Assembly (NCBI GenBank): GCA_047495785.1
Contig: JBLDXI010000009.1
Coordinates: forward strand, 5,332,001-5,396,000
From: Lepidodermella squamata
Lineage: Eukaryota > Animalia > Gastrotricha
Length of the DNA stretch: 64,000 nt
Direction: 5' to 3'
The translations under genes and the position numbers were made by a program. How positions within the stretch are numbered: the stretch's first letter is position 1; the number at the start of each line of letters is the position of its first letter. The notes under the pieces were generated by a model. The model saw only the letters and a list, made by a program, of their open reading frames with translations. It ran no database searches and was not told the origin of the DNA. This document shows positions 14,601 through 26,233 of the stretch, piece by piece.

Positions 14601-17600
14601 AATATGCGTGGTTTTCTGTATTTTGCCAGATCATAAATTTCAGAACACGACGTGATCGCGATTCATTTAACAGAATTTTCCGAAATTTAGTTTACAGCTT
14701 TACGTTGCTAAATTGCATCAATATAACCGATTGAAGGAGCAATAGATTCGAAAATTTTGAATTTCCCACGGTCCAAATTAGTTCAAATTGTACAAATCTT
14801 TGCTGCTTAATTATAATTAATTAAAAACACCGCATTTTATATATAGCGCTGAGGAGAACATAAAATCATCCTCAAACTTCATAAAAGCCTCGTTTAATTT
14901 CATCAACTCAAAAATTAATAAAATATTGTGTTGTGGCATCAAAAGGGTTACCCTCACTTGCGCATTTATCACTTGCGCATTTATCACTTGCGCATTTGAA
15001 AATTATCACTTGCGCATTAAATAATGATTTTACAGCCTGTTGTTCACCAGTTGACGAATTATTATGAAATTTTTATAAAATAAGATTGGCAGGTGTCACA
15101 TCTGTTAGTCACGTGTGTGTAGACATATAGTGCGTTACTGCCCAAATTCAAATTCATACCAGCGGAAGACAGGCTGCCCAGTGAAAATTTGTGTTCTCGA
15201 AGATAAATCCTTGGAAATGAATGCATGAATGCCTATGAACACCTGGACAAGATGGCAGGCTTCATCGGGCAGAACGGCAAAATACGCCCAGCACACGGGC
15301 CCAAGACGAGGGCTCTTGCAGCCGACGACTAATGAAGAATAATGCTTGATTTTTGTAACCGGTGTGAAGTCAACCGTGACGAACTGCCGCTCAGTTCGCC
15401 GAGGTTCTACGCATCACCGGCAACATAGCGCGGTTCCACTCGACTTACATCTCTACGGTTCACCGACGTGTTAGCGCGATTCCTGTAGCCGACACAGTAG
15501 CTGATGTTGCGCATGACCGATCTTCATCATCCGGAACCAACACGGCCTCGAAAAACAACCCATTCTGATAGTATATAAACCCTGTTAATAATGTTGTCAG
15601 ACACTTGATACACACAAGTCAAGTAGTTGTTTATAGTATAATAAATCCCGTCAGTTGTTGGAGTCCGCCGTCTCTTGCCTGGACCATTCGAACCCGTTAC
15701 AATTTGGTGTCAGAAGTGGTTCTAGCCAAGAGCGGCGGACCCCATGATCAAGCAGGAACCTGTCGACCCGGAGGAGTGTAGGACTGCAGATAAAACCTTA
15801 GCGAAAGCTCGACGACAAAGGGCCAAATGGCAAGTACATCCGAAAGATGTAGCCACAGCGAACGACAAGGTGCCGACGACATTGACAATCTGCAAGGCAA
15901 CGAGAATCAGCGGATACTGGCAAGTGTCGAATTATTGATCGGACTTGGACGGATCTGACAGATCGGGCTGGGCGAAACAGTCAAGACAGCCTGGCAAGGA
16001 TAGGATCGACGACCGGTTAGTCTAGGCCAGATCGTTTGCGGACAACGTTGCTAAGGAGACGGATGGAATGGTGCAGGGCCTACAATGTACAACTGGGTAC
16101 TGTAGCGTTGAATGCCCACACTTAGTGATTAGTACGCGTAGTGCGTAGTATTGCGAGTTATGGAAATACTGGCTAACCCTAGCACTGGTACCGGGTGCAT
16201 GCAGCTGCTTTGGAGGAAAGACATGATGGTTTCAGACCGGTAACCGACTTCAACCCTAACCCCAGCCTTAAGACGGTACGGAGGAGAGGATGAGCTTCCT
16301 TGCACGGATGTAACTTCTGGTTGTCACCGATAATATTGAACGGAGACGAGGGCGTGTTGTCCAGCAGCAGTTGTCGTATATATGGTTGAGGAACGAAGTT
16401 TATTATGGAGTATGCCCTTCTTGAAAGGAGGGAGGAAGAGACTGTCGCAATATAGTGAAGCTAACGACCGGACGGTACCGTAGGCACGCGCCGCATTTAC
16501 GTCGGGAATCAAAAGTTCGGCCGAACCTTCTTCACCTGGAGCCTGACGTACAGAATGCGGGCGACATGACTGACAATTGGGAGCGATGTGATACTATGAT
16601 TGTACAATCCTGGAAACGCATAGTCTGGAGATTTCCCAGGTGACGACCTGGAAGGGAGCGGTAGTTCGCAAAGATTTTTGACTGGTTGATATGGTAAGAA
16701 AACCCCCGAAAGGCGGCTCGCTCCGAAAAGTTTGTTGGCTGCTGGATGATGGATGGCGCCACTTATAATGTTGTTTGAACACCCCTCGAAGTCGCCAATT
16801 GCAGTCTTCTTGGACTGGTTTAACCGCGTTGATCATGACGCCGCTGAACCTTGCAAGGCGATTGTAGCCGTGAAAGATGCTGCGACGTAGCGTGAATGGA
16901 GGTCGGAGTATCACTAAAGTCGCAACGTCGATTAAGGGAGTAAGGAGTGTAACCAGAAGCCGAGGTGATGATGATAATGGAAGCGGCGAGTTAAGAGCCG
17001 TCGACTTTGTTTACCTTCTTTACGACACGTATCCCTAACGAACGCTACAGCGATCAACACTGACGCCATTGGTTCGAGGAAGAGCCCTGAGGTGTCGAAC
17101 TGGCCGAATGAATATTCTCGTCATTAGTGATGGTTGCTCTTCTGATTCAGTCTTGTGTTGTGCGTTATAAACCTTCTAAGCTTGTGTCTGCGCCTATCTT
17201 TTATTACCTTGGAGAAAAGAGGGATGGGAATATCATGTCGGGACGGGGTGGAGTGACCATTAACAACCACCGTAGCAAATTAACAAGTCGAATAATAACA
17301 ATTGTGCCGAGCCGTGGTATAGTTTATGCACGCCGATTATTACTAACATTATGACCTTTGTTGCTGGTAGTATAGTTGCATAGTAATAGTGTTGTAGTAG
17401 TGTTGTTTAGAGCTATACTGTTACGATTCCTGTAAATTAAACAGATACGACTGCTCTAAGATGTGATGAATTGAAGCAACTCACGACCAAGATGCAACTC
17501 AAATCTTCCGTCGGGTACTACGCCGCATGTGAACCACAGCTGCACAACGTTTCCGGCCACGCCGTAGATTCGACGATGACGACTCATCGGCAACCACCGT

Positions 17601-20600
17601 TACAGTGGCAGTTGCAGCATCTTTTACTACGGGGCGGACATTGACTTCAACCTCGGCGTCGACCAGTGTAGCAGCCTCGACGGTTTCCGCGGCCATTGCG
17701 CGGGCACCTACTTCAGGAACTGTTTCGGACACCGGCTGCGGCATGCGGGTAGTTTGAGGATTCATTGATTCCGGTGGATCACTCCTCAACCACCGTACAT
17801 ACGTCGCGGTAATCGCAACATCGCGGGCATGTCCGCTATGACGGAACAGAAATGACTCATAGGTGCGAAGTGCTGCTGCCACTAGTTCCTCGACGCCAGC
17901 ACGGGTCGTTAGGTCGTAAGTTCGGCCAGAGATGTCACTGGATGCTGGGCTGATGGCACCCGAGCGTTGTTCATCGACGTTGGACATACTGGGCGTAGTT
18001 GTATTGCTTGAAATTATGGAACTGCCTCCGACATGGTCATTTTATATGGTAACCAGCGAACGATACGCGGTCACGATTCAATGACTCTGTGGATAACTGT
18101 TTTCGTGGACACCCGTAGTCATAGGTTAAACGGGGAGGAATTGTAACCGGTGTGAAGTCAACCGTGACGAACTGCCGCTCAGTTCGCCGAGGTTCTACGC
18201 ATCACCGGCAACATAGCGCGGTTCCACTCGACTTACATCTCTACGGTTCACCGACGTGTTAGCGCGATTCCTGTAGCCGACACAGTAGCTGATGTTGCGC
18301 ATGACCGATCTTCATCATCCGGAACCAACACGGCCTCGAAAAACAACCCATTCTGATAGTATATAAACCCTGTTAATAATGTTGTCAGACACTTGATACA
18401 CACAAGTCAAGTAGTTGTTTATAGTATAATAAATCCCGTCAGTTGTTGGAGTCCGCCGTCTCTTGCCTGGACCATTCGAACCCGTTACATTTTCGCTCGG
18501 CCTTACTATTTTACTTGCTCTGTACTTTTGTCATTACTTTGTAATAAGACGTTGATTGAGTAATAACTGCGTCAAGTATCGCAAATAAAATTTATAAAAA
18601 ATTTCATAATAATTCATCAACTGGTGAACAACAGGCTGTAAAATCATTATTTAATGCGCAAGTGATAATTTTCAAATGCGCAAGTGATAAATGCGCAAGT
18701 GATAAATGCGCAAGTGAGGGTAATTCTGGTAATTCCATCAAAATATTTGGCTGAAATGTTGATTTACCATGCCAAACTTCAACTCGGTCGAGCGTTGATT
18801 TGACCTTGGCGGGACTAAACATCGATAATTAGAATTATACGGCTAGCTTTTTATCATTGACCAGTCTCATTGAGACAAATTTTCCGATACTTAATTTAAG
18901 GCTTGAAACAGAAAATAAATTCAGATTATATCACTATATGGAAAGAGTCCTTTCATTGACGCAAGCACGAGGTCCTTCACCGAAGCGTATTTTCACAACT
19001 TGAGGCCACCGCCGCCTTTTTTAGTACCGGTACTAATAACACCTCTCGTATGAGATCGGTTTCTATCCAAATAAAAACAAACCCTTTCATCGGTGGTCGT
19101 TTTTTCACGGCAAGTGAGTGACCTAGCGCAGAGGGCAAAGCGATGATCTGGGCGCTACAAAACGGGTGCCGCGCTCGCTCTGTTGATATTATTATGCCTT
19201 TCACCCGGCGGCGGCACCATCTTATCCTTCAGCTACGCGCCGTTTTTCTACGAGTGCCGTGCTATTTACTAGCTAATGCGCGCCTAAAAGCTGTGAGCGT
19301 AAAATACTTGTACTACGCCTATCCATACCCGCTACTATAAACATCCATAGCCTCTTCTTCTTCATCTGCATCTCCAACCGCTCAGTAACAAATGCGCGCC
19401 TCGTTTTTAGCATGTGTTTTTGTAAATAGCGAATAGCGGGAAGTAGCCGCTAGCCTGGCAGTGGATTTTTCTGCCAAGAAGCGCGCACCAGTGGCTGAAA
19501 AATATGCCAAGCGCCGCGTCTCAATATGATTATTGCCATTGCAAGCCGATCGCCTTTTTTTCGCTGATAAACCGCGAGGGAAATTATTCTCATCAATAAT
19601 AATACGCCCTAACGTTATTTATGTCGATTTGCTACCACTACAAAATGGCAACAAACTAGATAATACTACTTTATTTTTAGCAGCCATGAAATTTTACTTC
19701 TTAGCAATAATTTTCGCAGCCCTGGCTGGGAAAGCACATGCAGGCCTTGGACAATCGCTGCTGATCAAGCACATTTTCAGAGATTATCAAACACTGGAAC
19801 GGCCTGTTGCTAATGACAGCACCGCTGTTCTCATCAGAATGATGTTTTACTTACGCCAAGTCATGGACGTCAATGAAAAGCAGCAAATTTTGAAGTCGTC
19901 GATTTGGCTCAATTTGGTGTGGCACGATTATCGGCTCACGTGGGACCCGCCAGACTTCCGAAATGTCTCAAAAATCATCGTCCCTTACTCGAAAATTTGG
20001 GCGCCGGATATACTGCTTTGGAACAGCGCAACGCAAAAATTTGACGCAACCTTCAAAACCAATGTCGAAATAGATTACGAAGGCCAAATTTCATGGGTGC
20101 CACCTGCGCTATTCACGAGCACATGCAAAATTGATATTACGTGGTTTCCGTTCGATTTACAAAAATGCGAGCTGAAATTTTCTAGTTGGACATATGAAGC
20201 TCGACGCGTTGATCTAGAGGCTATGGAAGAAAAGGTCGACGCGTCAAATTATCAGAAAAACGGCGAGTGGGATTTAGAAGACGCTTATTGCCTGCGCAAT
20301 CTCGTGACTTATGACTGCTGCCCTAACGATGCCTGGGTCGATGTGACAGTTACAATCAAATTGCGAAGACGAGTGCTTTATTACATGTTCAACATCATTA
20401 TCCCATCCGTAATTATTTCCTGCATTGGATTATTAACCTTCGCCTTGCCATGCGAGTCAGGCGAGAAAGTTACAATGTCGGTAACCGTGTTGCTTTCACT
20501 CGCTTTCTTCATGACCATGGTCGCTGAGACTTTGCCGTCAACTTCTGAGGCAATCCCGTTTCTCGGAGTTTATTTCGGCAGTCTGATGTTACTTTGCGCA

Positions 20601-21814
20601 ATTTCACTGGTTGTGACTGTTTTCGTGGGTTCGGTTCATCACCGTAAGCCTGAAATATGTCCAGTGCCTTTGTGGATTCACCGCTGGTTCAGTTGCCGAT
20701 TTGCCGTGTTTTTTCGGATGTTGCCAGCTGATCATCCCATGATTACGGCAAATCAAGCTTTCCCTATAGAAGATCAGGAGCAACCAGCTGTCACAAGCTT
20801 AAGATACCGAGGCCTGTTGGAACCTAAGAACCTTGCTCGCAAAACTTCACCAGAAAAGAATTTCTTGCCACTGGAACCTCCAATGAAGTCAGTAACTGTG
20901 CTCACATCCCTTGAAGACCGTTCTCCAATCATCGCACCAGCTAATTGGTCAAGAAGTTTCCAGGTAAATTCCGAAAATGTTGATAGACTTGCATTTTAAT
21001 GATATTTTTTAGTCTGTTCCCAACGCTGTTGAGTCTCATTCAACGACAGTAATCCCGAGAAATCACTCGAGTATTCCGAGAAATTTTTCGCGTCAAGTTC
21101 ACGCGAATCTGGCGACGGCAACTAATAACTTTATCGAAGACGCGAATGAAATTTTGGTCAATTTGCGAATTATTACGAACTACATCATCGATACCGAACG
21201 CCTGGAATCAGTACGACGAGAATGGCGTCTAGTAGCTGCTGTTATTGACCGAATTTTTATGTATATTAGCATTGCCCTTTTCATTGTTTTCAATCTCTTG
21301 ATGACAATTTTTGCACCAAACACTCCGTTGTCAGTAATTAACATCTATTAAGCGAATTAAACAGTGAGAACTTACTTTATCCAGCGTGTTTTTCACTGAT
21401 GCAATGCGGTCCAGTAACGATGCGACATTACGCTGTTCGACAGCTTGAATCCATCCCTCGCGGAGTTCAGCTCGTTTACATTGCAACAGCCTTCTGCAGT
21501 TATGGAGGTTGTCGCGGATTCGAAGAATTTTTAGCTTCGAGTCACGAATTTTGAGGGCAATTTTTTCGAAAGTACTCATGACATTTCCAAGGTCTTCGTA
21601 GTGCTCGCTGACAAATTTCGTGAGCTGAGTGTCGCAGTCTTGAAGCTCGCGCTCCAGCTGAGCCCTGCTGTTTTCTTTCGACGATCCTCCTTGCTGTTTG
21701 TTCAATGATATGCTGCGAATAGCTTCCAGCAGCAGTGAAGCCTGTGAAAAAATTAATTCAACCTCGCCATTTTACAAGTTCACAACTCACCTGATCCTTT
21801 CTTGAGGCTTGCAT
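2632..21814 (-). CDS. EXOC4: Exocyst complex component 4 (Sec8); exons about 21814-21791, 21741-21376, 14176-13586, 10350-9879, 8430-8018, 7965-7738, 7665-6686, 3331-2992, 2940-2632
   Basis: The N-terminal segment ...LLQCKRAELREGW... matches EXOC4 LLHCKRDELRKLW. Other matches are KYYLHAAEQL, LFRFANS, LTLHLDTLLRC, DLDYARRYYELLYLSP and FTEREY. The GT-AG junctions checked preserve frame. Confidence 0.93.
3450..4020 (-). mobile_element. Possible decayed BEL/Pao-type integrase fragment
   Basis: Minus-strand pieces RFVGRPSTVWSD and LPWW resemble the integrase motifs RRGxPxxIxSDNG and APWWGG. Heavily disrupted. Confidence 0.3.
4886..5290 (+). mobile_element. Truncated pogo/Tigger-like transposase (HTH-psq plus CENP-B-type HTH; DDE domain absent)
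   Basis: AARVYGVKNYTISRR...GRRTLFKPEQERAIVD...ASQKWLRGFLKRH...AETLSYARA. The ORF then runs into non-coding-like sequence. Lies in EXOC4 intron 7. Confidence 0.85.
6512..6659 (+). mobile_element. 3' end of an L2/CR1-like LINE with (TAAA)n tail; second copy at about 40525-40685 (-)
   Basis: About 150 bp, highly similar to the reverse complement of about 40540-40685 and ending ...CAAATAAATAAA. Confidence 0.75.
8600..9740 (+). mobile_element. Degenerate KRBA2/SCAND3-type (Ginger-like) integrase element
   Basis: PIGPSVQVHIDLIDM, then after a frameshift WILHCKDHTSRFS*, then RGSPY. An acidic tail and AATAAA follow. Frameshifts and stops are present. Confidence 0.6.
11003..11800 (+). repeat. Diverged tandem duplication, period about 464 bp, with coiled-coil-like ORF fragments
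   Basis: 11003-11356 and 11467-11800 share blocks such as GCATTGACCCTCTGCCAAAACATGCGGCTATTATCGA, GAATTGGACAATTCAATTACAGTC and GAAGCAGCAGTGACGACACCAGCTGAGC. Confidence 0.85.
12379..12560 (+). pseudogene. OTU-like cysteine protease domain fragment, probably TE-derived
   Basis: NYIKDTRMRLLSTWGGEVEIQAI matches the OTU YxxxMxxxxxWGGxxEIxA motif. The catalytic DGNC segment was not found. Confidence 0.6.
15354..18489 (+). mobile_element. Non-autonomous Gypsy-like LTR retroelement; 348-bp LTRs at 15354-15701 and 18142-18489
   Basis: LTRs run TGTAAC...GTTACA, look identical, and contain TATATAAA and AATAAA. PBS TGGTGTCAGAAGTGG (15705-15719) is complementary to the tRNA-Leu 3' end. PPT GGGGAGGAA precedes the 3' LTR. 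TSD is TTTT (4 bp). No intact gag or pol; only a weak integrase C-terminal remnant (LQSSWTG) near 16800. Confidence 0.95.
17499..17987 (-). CDS. Antisense ORF of unknown function inside the LTR element (162 aa, basic C-terminus)
   Basis: Longest ORF in the element. It starts with ATG, has a minus-strand TATAAAA about 50-60 nt upstream, and ends LRRGRKR...RRSTRRKI. Confidence 0.5.
   Translation of the reverse strand: MSNVDEQRSGAISPASSDISGRTYDLTTRAGVEELVAAALRTYESFLFRHSGHARDVAITATYVRWLRSDPPESMNPQTTRMPQPVSETVPEVGARAMAAETVEAATLVDAEVEVNVRPVVKDAATATVTVVADESSSSNLRRGRKRCAAVVHMRRSTRRKI
19686..21351 (+). CDS. Nicotinic acetylcholine receptor alpha subunit (alpha7/ACR-16-like), about 538 aa, one intron (20964-21012), nested antisense in EXOC4 intron 2
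   Basis: Signal peptide MKFYFLAIIFAALAG; Cys-loop CKIDITWFPFDLQKC; loop C YDCC; M2 preceded by GEK (cation-type); M4 EWRLVAAVIDRIF. Confidence 0.95.
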
Positions 21815-23348
21815 GATTCCAGTAATCAAAATAAATAACTGCCACTGGTTAAAAGTCTAACCTATACAATAAAATTGCAAATTATCGGAAAGCGGAAAGT
21901 ATTCAACGCTAAAAAGTTGACTTTAAACAAGACAGCTTTAACACTTGGACGCTCAAAAGATTATCATGTTGAAATTGATAAATTTCGTAAGCCGCAAGTC
22001 TAATAATAACCTAGGATGTTTTCATTTGTAGAAGGAGGATTTTGAGAGGTTAAAATTCCGCCTAGGCCAGCTGAAGCTCACTTCCCGAAATCCGAATTTA
22101 AGAAACGCTAGTCAAACGACAATAGCCCCTTAAGAGAAGGGAAAAGTCGAAAAAGGGTAAACCACGACTAACCACAAAATCTTGACAAGACGCAGGACGC
22201 TTGGCAAAAGCCATTTTCAAAGTCCAAGAGAGCGGCCAAGCTTCGGCAAAGGGTGGGCAAATGACCGCTTAAGGATGTCTATCAGAAAGTGATGGAAGTG
22301 CCACGGCTCATGGCTCTCCTCAGTGTCTTGACTGTCAACGTGACGGAACTCTTCAGGTCTTCGACTTCTCGATGTTTCAGTTCGACGGGGAAAACAAACA
22401 CGAGGCACCCACGCTCCAGTAGGAGTACCTTCTACGCTCTCAACTCTCACGCAACTCTCAGGCGGCTGCGATGTTTTAGCGCGGAAAAGCGCGAGAAAAA
22501 TCCCGCCTTCAAAAATTAAAATTGTGTACAGTTTAGTTTAAAAAGGCATTTAACAAGTGAATAATCTCTGCTGAATTTTATCACAAGGTCAAATGGGTTG
22601 TTGCTGGGTGCGACGAAAATTTTGTTGTTTTTACGACGGGACACCGATGGCTTGTTTGTTGTGACCCTGAAGTGAACCTTCTTGGCACGTCGGTCGATGG
22701 GTGTCAACTCTAGATTGTGTCCCGAGATCTTTGACCCGGTATATTACTGAAATGCTCATGTCGCGTAAGCCATCCTGAAGTCGAAACTGCAATCCAATTT
22801 TCGATTTTTTAAGTCGAGTTTGTCATGGGTCATTGGTAAGACTTGAGTACGTGATTTAGTTAGTAGAACAGCGCTCTCAGTTTTTTGGAGTTCGGTTTAA
22901 GTATAGGGTTAGAGGTCGAGTTAAGGGATCCCACATTCCTCCAAGAGGGGAAACTTTGAAAGCGCGACTTTACCTCCAAAATTGGCTAACATTTTGATTT
23001 AGGCGCTCCGCTGGTGTTGTAGAATGGCATCCCTACTTATGTTCTTTTGCCAAGTGGCAGGCATTTGTTGTCAGTTGTCACTCTTTGTTCGTCCAATATT
23101 GCATAATTCCCGTTTGTGCTTATGTGGCCATTTGTGATATCTATCGTTTTCCGCGAGTGAACAGGTCTCTGATCTTAGATCTATTGCTGTGAAAGATGCA
23201 ATTTGTGGTTTCCGTCATCTTGCAGTTTCGATGAAATCTGCCTTTCAGAAATAGAATTGTTATGCTTATTACCCTGATTTCGCATTTGCAATGATCACTG
23301 TTGCATTTATTTTGATGCTTTTATTACAGTTAGAATCTTACATTTAAA

Positions 23349-26233
23349 ATGTTGAACACACTTTACGAACGCGCTAAAAATATCGCAGACAAGGCGTAAG
23401 TTTCAAAGGCTGGATTGGAAGGAAGCTATTTTTATTCGTGACTTTTAGGACCAACATGGTGATGAACTACACTGAGATAGAAGTAAAAGTTCGCGAAGCA
23501 ACGAATGACGATCCATGGGGACCTCACGGCTCGCTGCTGCATCAACTTGCTCAAGCTTCATACCATTACGAACAATATTCCGAACTCATGCAAATGCTAT
23601 GGAAGAGAATGTTTCACGAAAACAAAGACGATTGGCGACGTGTTTACAAATCATTGCTGGTTCTTCACTACTTGGTTCGCAACGGATCTGATCGTATTGT
23701 CAGTAGTGCGCGAGAACACCTGTACGATTTGAGATCACTGGAAAACTTTTCATTTATTGATGACTTTGGCAAAGATCAAGGGATCAATGGTAATAGCGAA
23801 TATTTTTTTATTATCGAATTCGTATAATTTCTCTTGAAATTTCAGTTCGCCAAAAGTCCAAAGAGCTCGTAGAACTTGTTCAAGACGACGCGCGATTGAG
23901 AGAAGAGAGGAAAAAGGCAAAGGCAACGCGGGATAAGTACGTCGGCCTGGCTGCTGACGAATTCCGTTACCGTGGCGGTGCCGGTGGCAGCTCTTACTCC
24001 TACAACGAAGACGGAGATTATGAAAATAATAATAATAACCGGTCTCAACAGGGTGGCAGTTCAAAGCAGCGACCCAGCCAGCTAGGCTCAATCGACGATT
24101 TCGACGACGGGAAACGAGGCGTTGTTTCAGACGTACTCGGTACAGCGAAAGAAATCTGGGGCCGGGTGAAAAACGACGCTACTTACGGTGATACCCACGG
24201 TGGTGCTGAAACGTAAGCTTTATACGTTAATTCATCCGTGCATGAAATTAATAATCGTCGTTCAATTATTGTCATTTAATCTTTATAAATAACCGGGTAA
24301 AGTTTGTACGTGAAAATTTTAGCTTCAGTTGTGTTTGACCTATGTGATTCGTGAAGGCTTAACGTTTTGATTTTTGATCAGCACATTTAGCCCTGCGAAT
24401 GTGTCCCGAAATTTATGTCGCATCCATTTTGAGCTGCCTTTATCACTTATTTAATTTTGATATTTGAAAATCATTCAATTCTATGCCGTTTGTTTTGTAG
24501 GTTTGATGATTCGCCGACTTCCCATCGGCCGACGCGAGAATTTCGCGACCACGATAACAACGACCGAAATTACCAACCTCCAGCACCACAGCCATCAAAA
24601 CTCGTGCCCCGGCTATCTGGTTCATCCACCACTTCAGAGAAACCGCAGCAAGCAGCCGCTGCCCCTCAGCCGAAAGCGCAGCCTCAAAAGCCTATTATTG
24701 ACCTGTTTGACAGTGACCCAGCACCAGCGCCAGCTCCTCAGCAAAAACCAAGCGGAAACAGTGACGAATTTGCGGATTTCGTCTCGCAGAGGGCTCAGGA
24801 GAAGACAGCAGTTACAAAGGTTTCGGACGATTTTGCTGATTTTGCTAGCGTGCCAGCTCATACGAATGGTGCTGCAGCAGCATCGAAACCTTCGAATGGG
24901 TCGGGTGGTTTCGCGGATTTCGACCATTTCAACAGCGTTCCAGCTCCTCAACCACAGCCGAAAAGCTTGGCTGAGGAAATTTTCAGCCAAGCTGCCGCTG
25001 TTCCTCAGCCAGCTTTTCCGGCATTTTCTGCCGTTCCACCTCAGCCTCAACCTATTCTAGGCGGTATGCCTCACAGCCAGTCGATGGGTTTCAGCGCTCC
25101 AATGGGCTTTGGGACTCCCCAGCCTATGATGGCGGTACCTATGGCCCAGCAGCAGCAGCCTATGATGAGGCCTAGTGCGACTTTCACTGCCCCAGCTGGC
25201 GGGCAACCGATCAATTTCATGCAACCAGTCGCGCCAGTTATGCAACCTGTTATGAGGCCGAGTTCGAATAACATGGCGACAAATAGCAGCAACAGCAACA
25301 CTCCAATTGCTGGAACTTGGAAGGAAGCAGCTGGTTCGCTTGATATCAGCTTAGATTCACTGTCACTGGGTGCTAATCGAAACAAACCTGCCGCTGCAAC
25401 GATTGGACAGCTTCAAAGTAAGATTTTTTTGTAAAATCGAGCTTTCCTAGCATTACAATGTTTTAACTTTGAAATTAGCGCCTTTATCGAGTTCGTGTAA
25501 GTTTTTGATTGGTGTTTAATGTGGAACTTTCATCTGCTATTAACCTGTTTCATTTGCACTTTCACCCTTAATTTTTGAGCACCTTTAAAATTACACTAAT
25601 TTTATAACACGGCAACTTGATGTAGTTTGGCAATGTTGTTTTTCTTTCTCAAATACTTAACCCGACAAAAGTGGTCATAAATTCTTAATAAGCAAGTAAT
25701 GTTTAAATAATGGCTTATAAATTTAGTGGAAATCTACGAAACTGAATTGATTATTTGTCTAAAACTAAACCTAAGAAGTCCAGTTAATGAGATGATTTCT
25801 GATCTCGTGAGATATTTCTGTAAATTTTTATCTAATTAATGGGACAGTTTGTTAAAAAAAATTCCTAACACTAAAAATGCTTTTGTGATTTGTGAAGTAA
25901 TTTTGCTTTTGTTGTGTTTCCTTAACAATTGAAGATCTAACTCTTCCTTGATGTTTTCTTCGCAGGTGAAATTCGACTAATTGTTTTGAAATTTTTCCAG
26001 GTATGTCTGGTGGTTCGCAATTTCCGCCGGCACAGCAACAGCCGATGATGTTTCCGGCTATGCAGCCGCAGCCAGTTGTGCGGCCGGCGGGTGCAATGTT
26101 CGCGGGCTCCGGTGGTTTCGCAGCAGCTCCCGCGCCTTTCGGGGCCATGCAATCTACAAACACAACGGTACCTAGCCAAGGTACCCCAATGAGCTCAAAT
26201 ACTGCTTCGAAAGACTTTGACCCGTGGGGCTGA
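23349..26233 (+). CDS. CLINT1: Clathrin interactor 1 / epsinR (ENTH domain); exons about 23349-23395, 23450-23789, 23845-24212, 24501-25417, 26001-26233
   Basis: TNMVMNYTEIEVKVREATNDDPWGP...WRRVYKSLLVLHYLVRNGSDR...DQGIN; IDLFD and several FADF motifs; Met/Pro-rich tail with LDISLDSL. Confidence 0.92.

Larger units (their letters stand above)
14951..18720. mobile_element. Non-autonomous TIR element (MITE-like, about 630 bp without its insert), about 125-bp TIRs, TA flanks, interrupted by an LTR element
   Basis: 14951-15075 and about 18596-18720 are near-perfect inverted repeats, each with four TCACTTGCGCAT units. TA lies at 14949-50 and 18721-22. Confidence 0.88.

Noticed and set aside
14951-15020. 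Short direct repeats resembling a CRISPR array
   Set aside because: No unique spacers, eukaryotic context, and they are TIR subrepeats.
16170-16265. CTAACCCTA / AACCCTAAC telomere-template-like words
   Set aside because: Isolated short matches inside an LTR element, with no support for telomerase RNA or a telomeric array.
21900-23300. Short ORFs between the divergent EXOC4 and CLINT1 starts
   Set aside because: No recognisable domain or RNA structure; probably a bidirectional promoter/UTR or decayed sequence.
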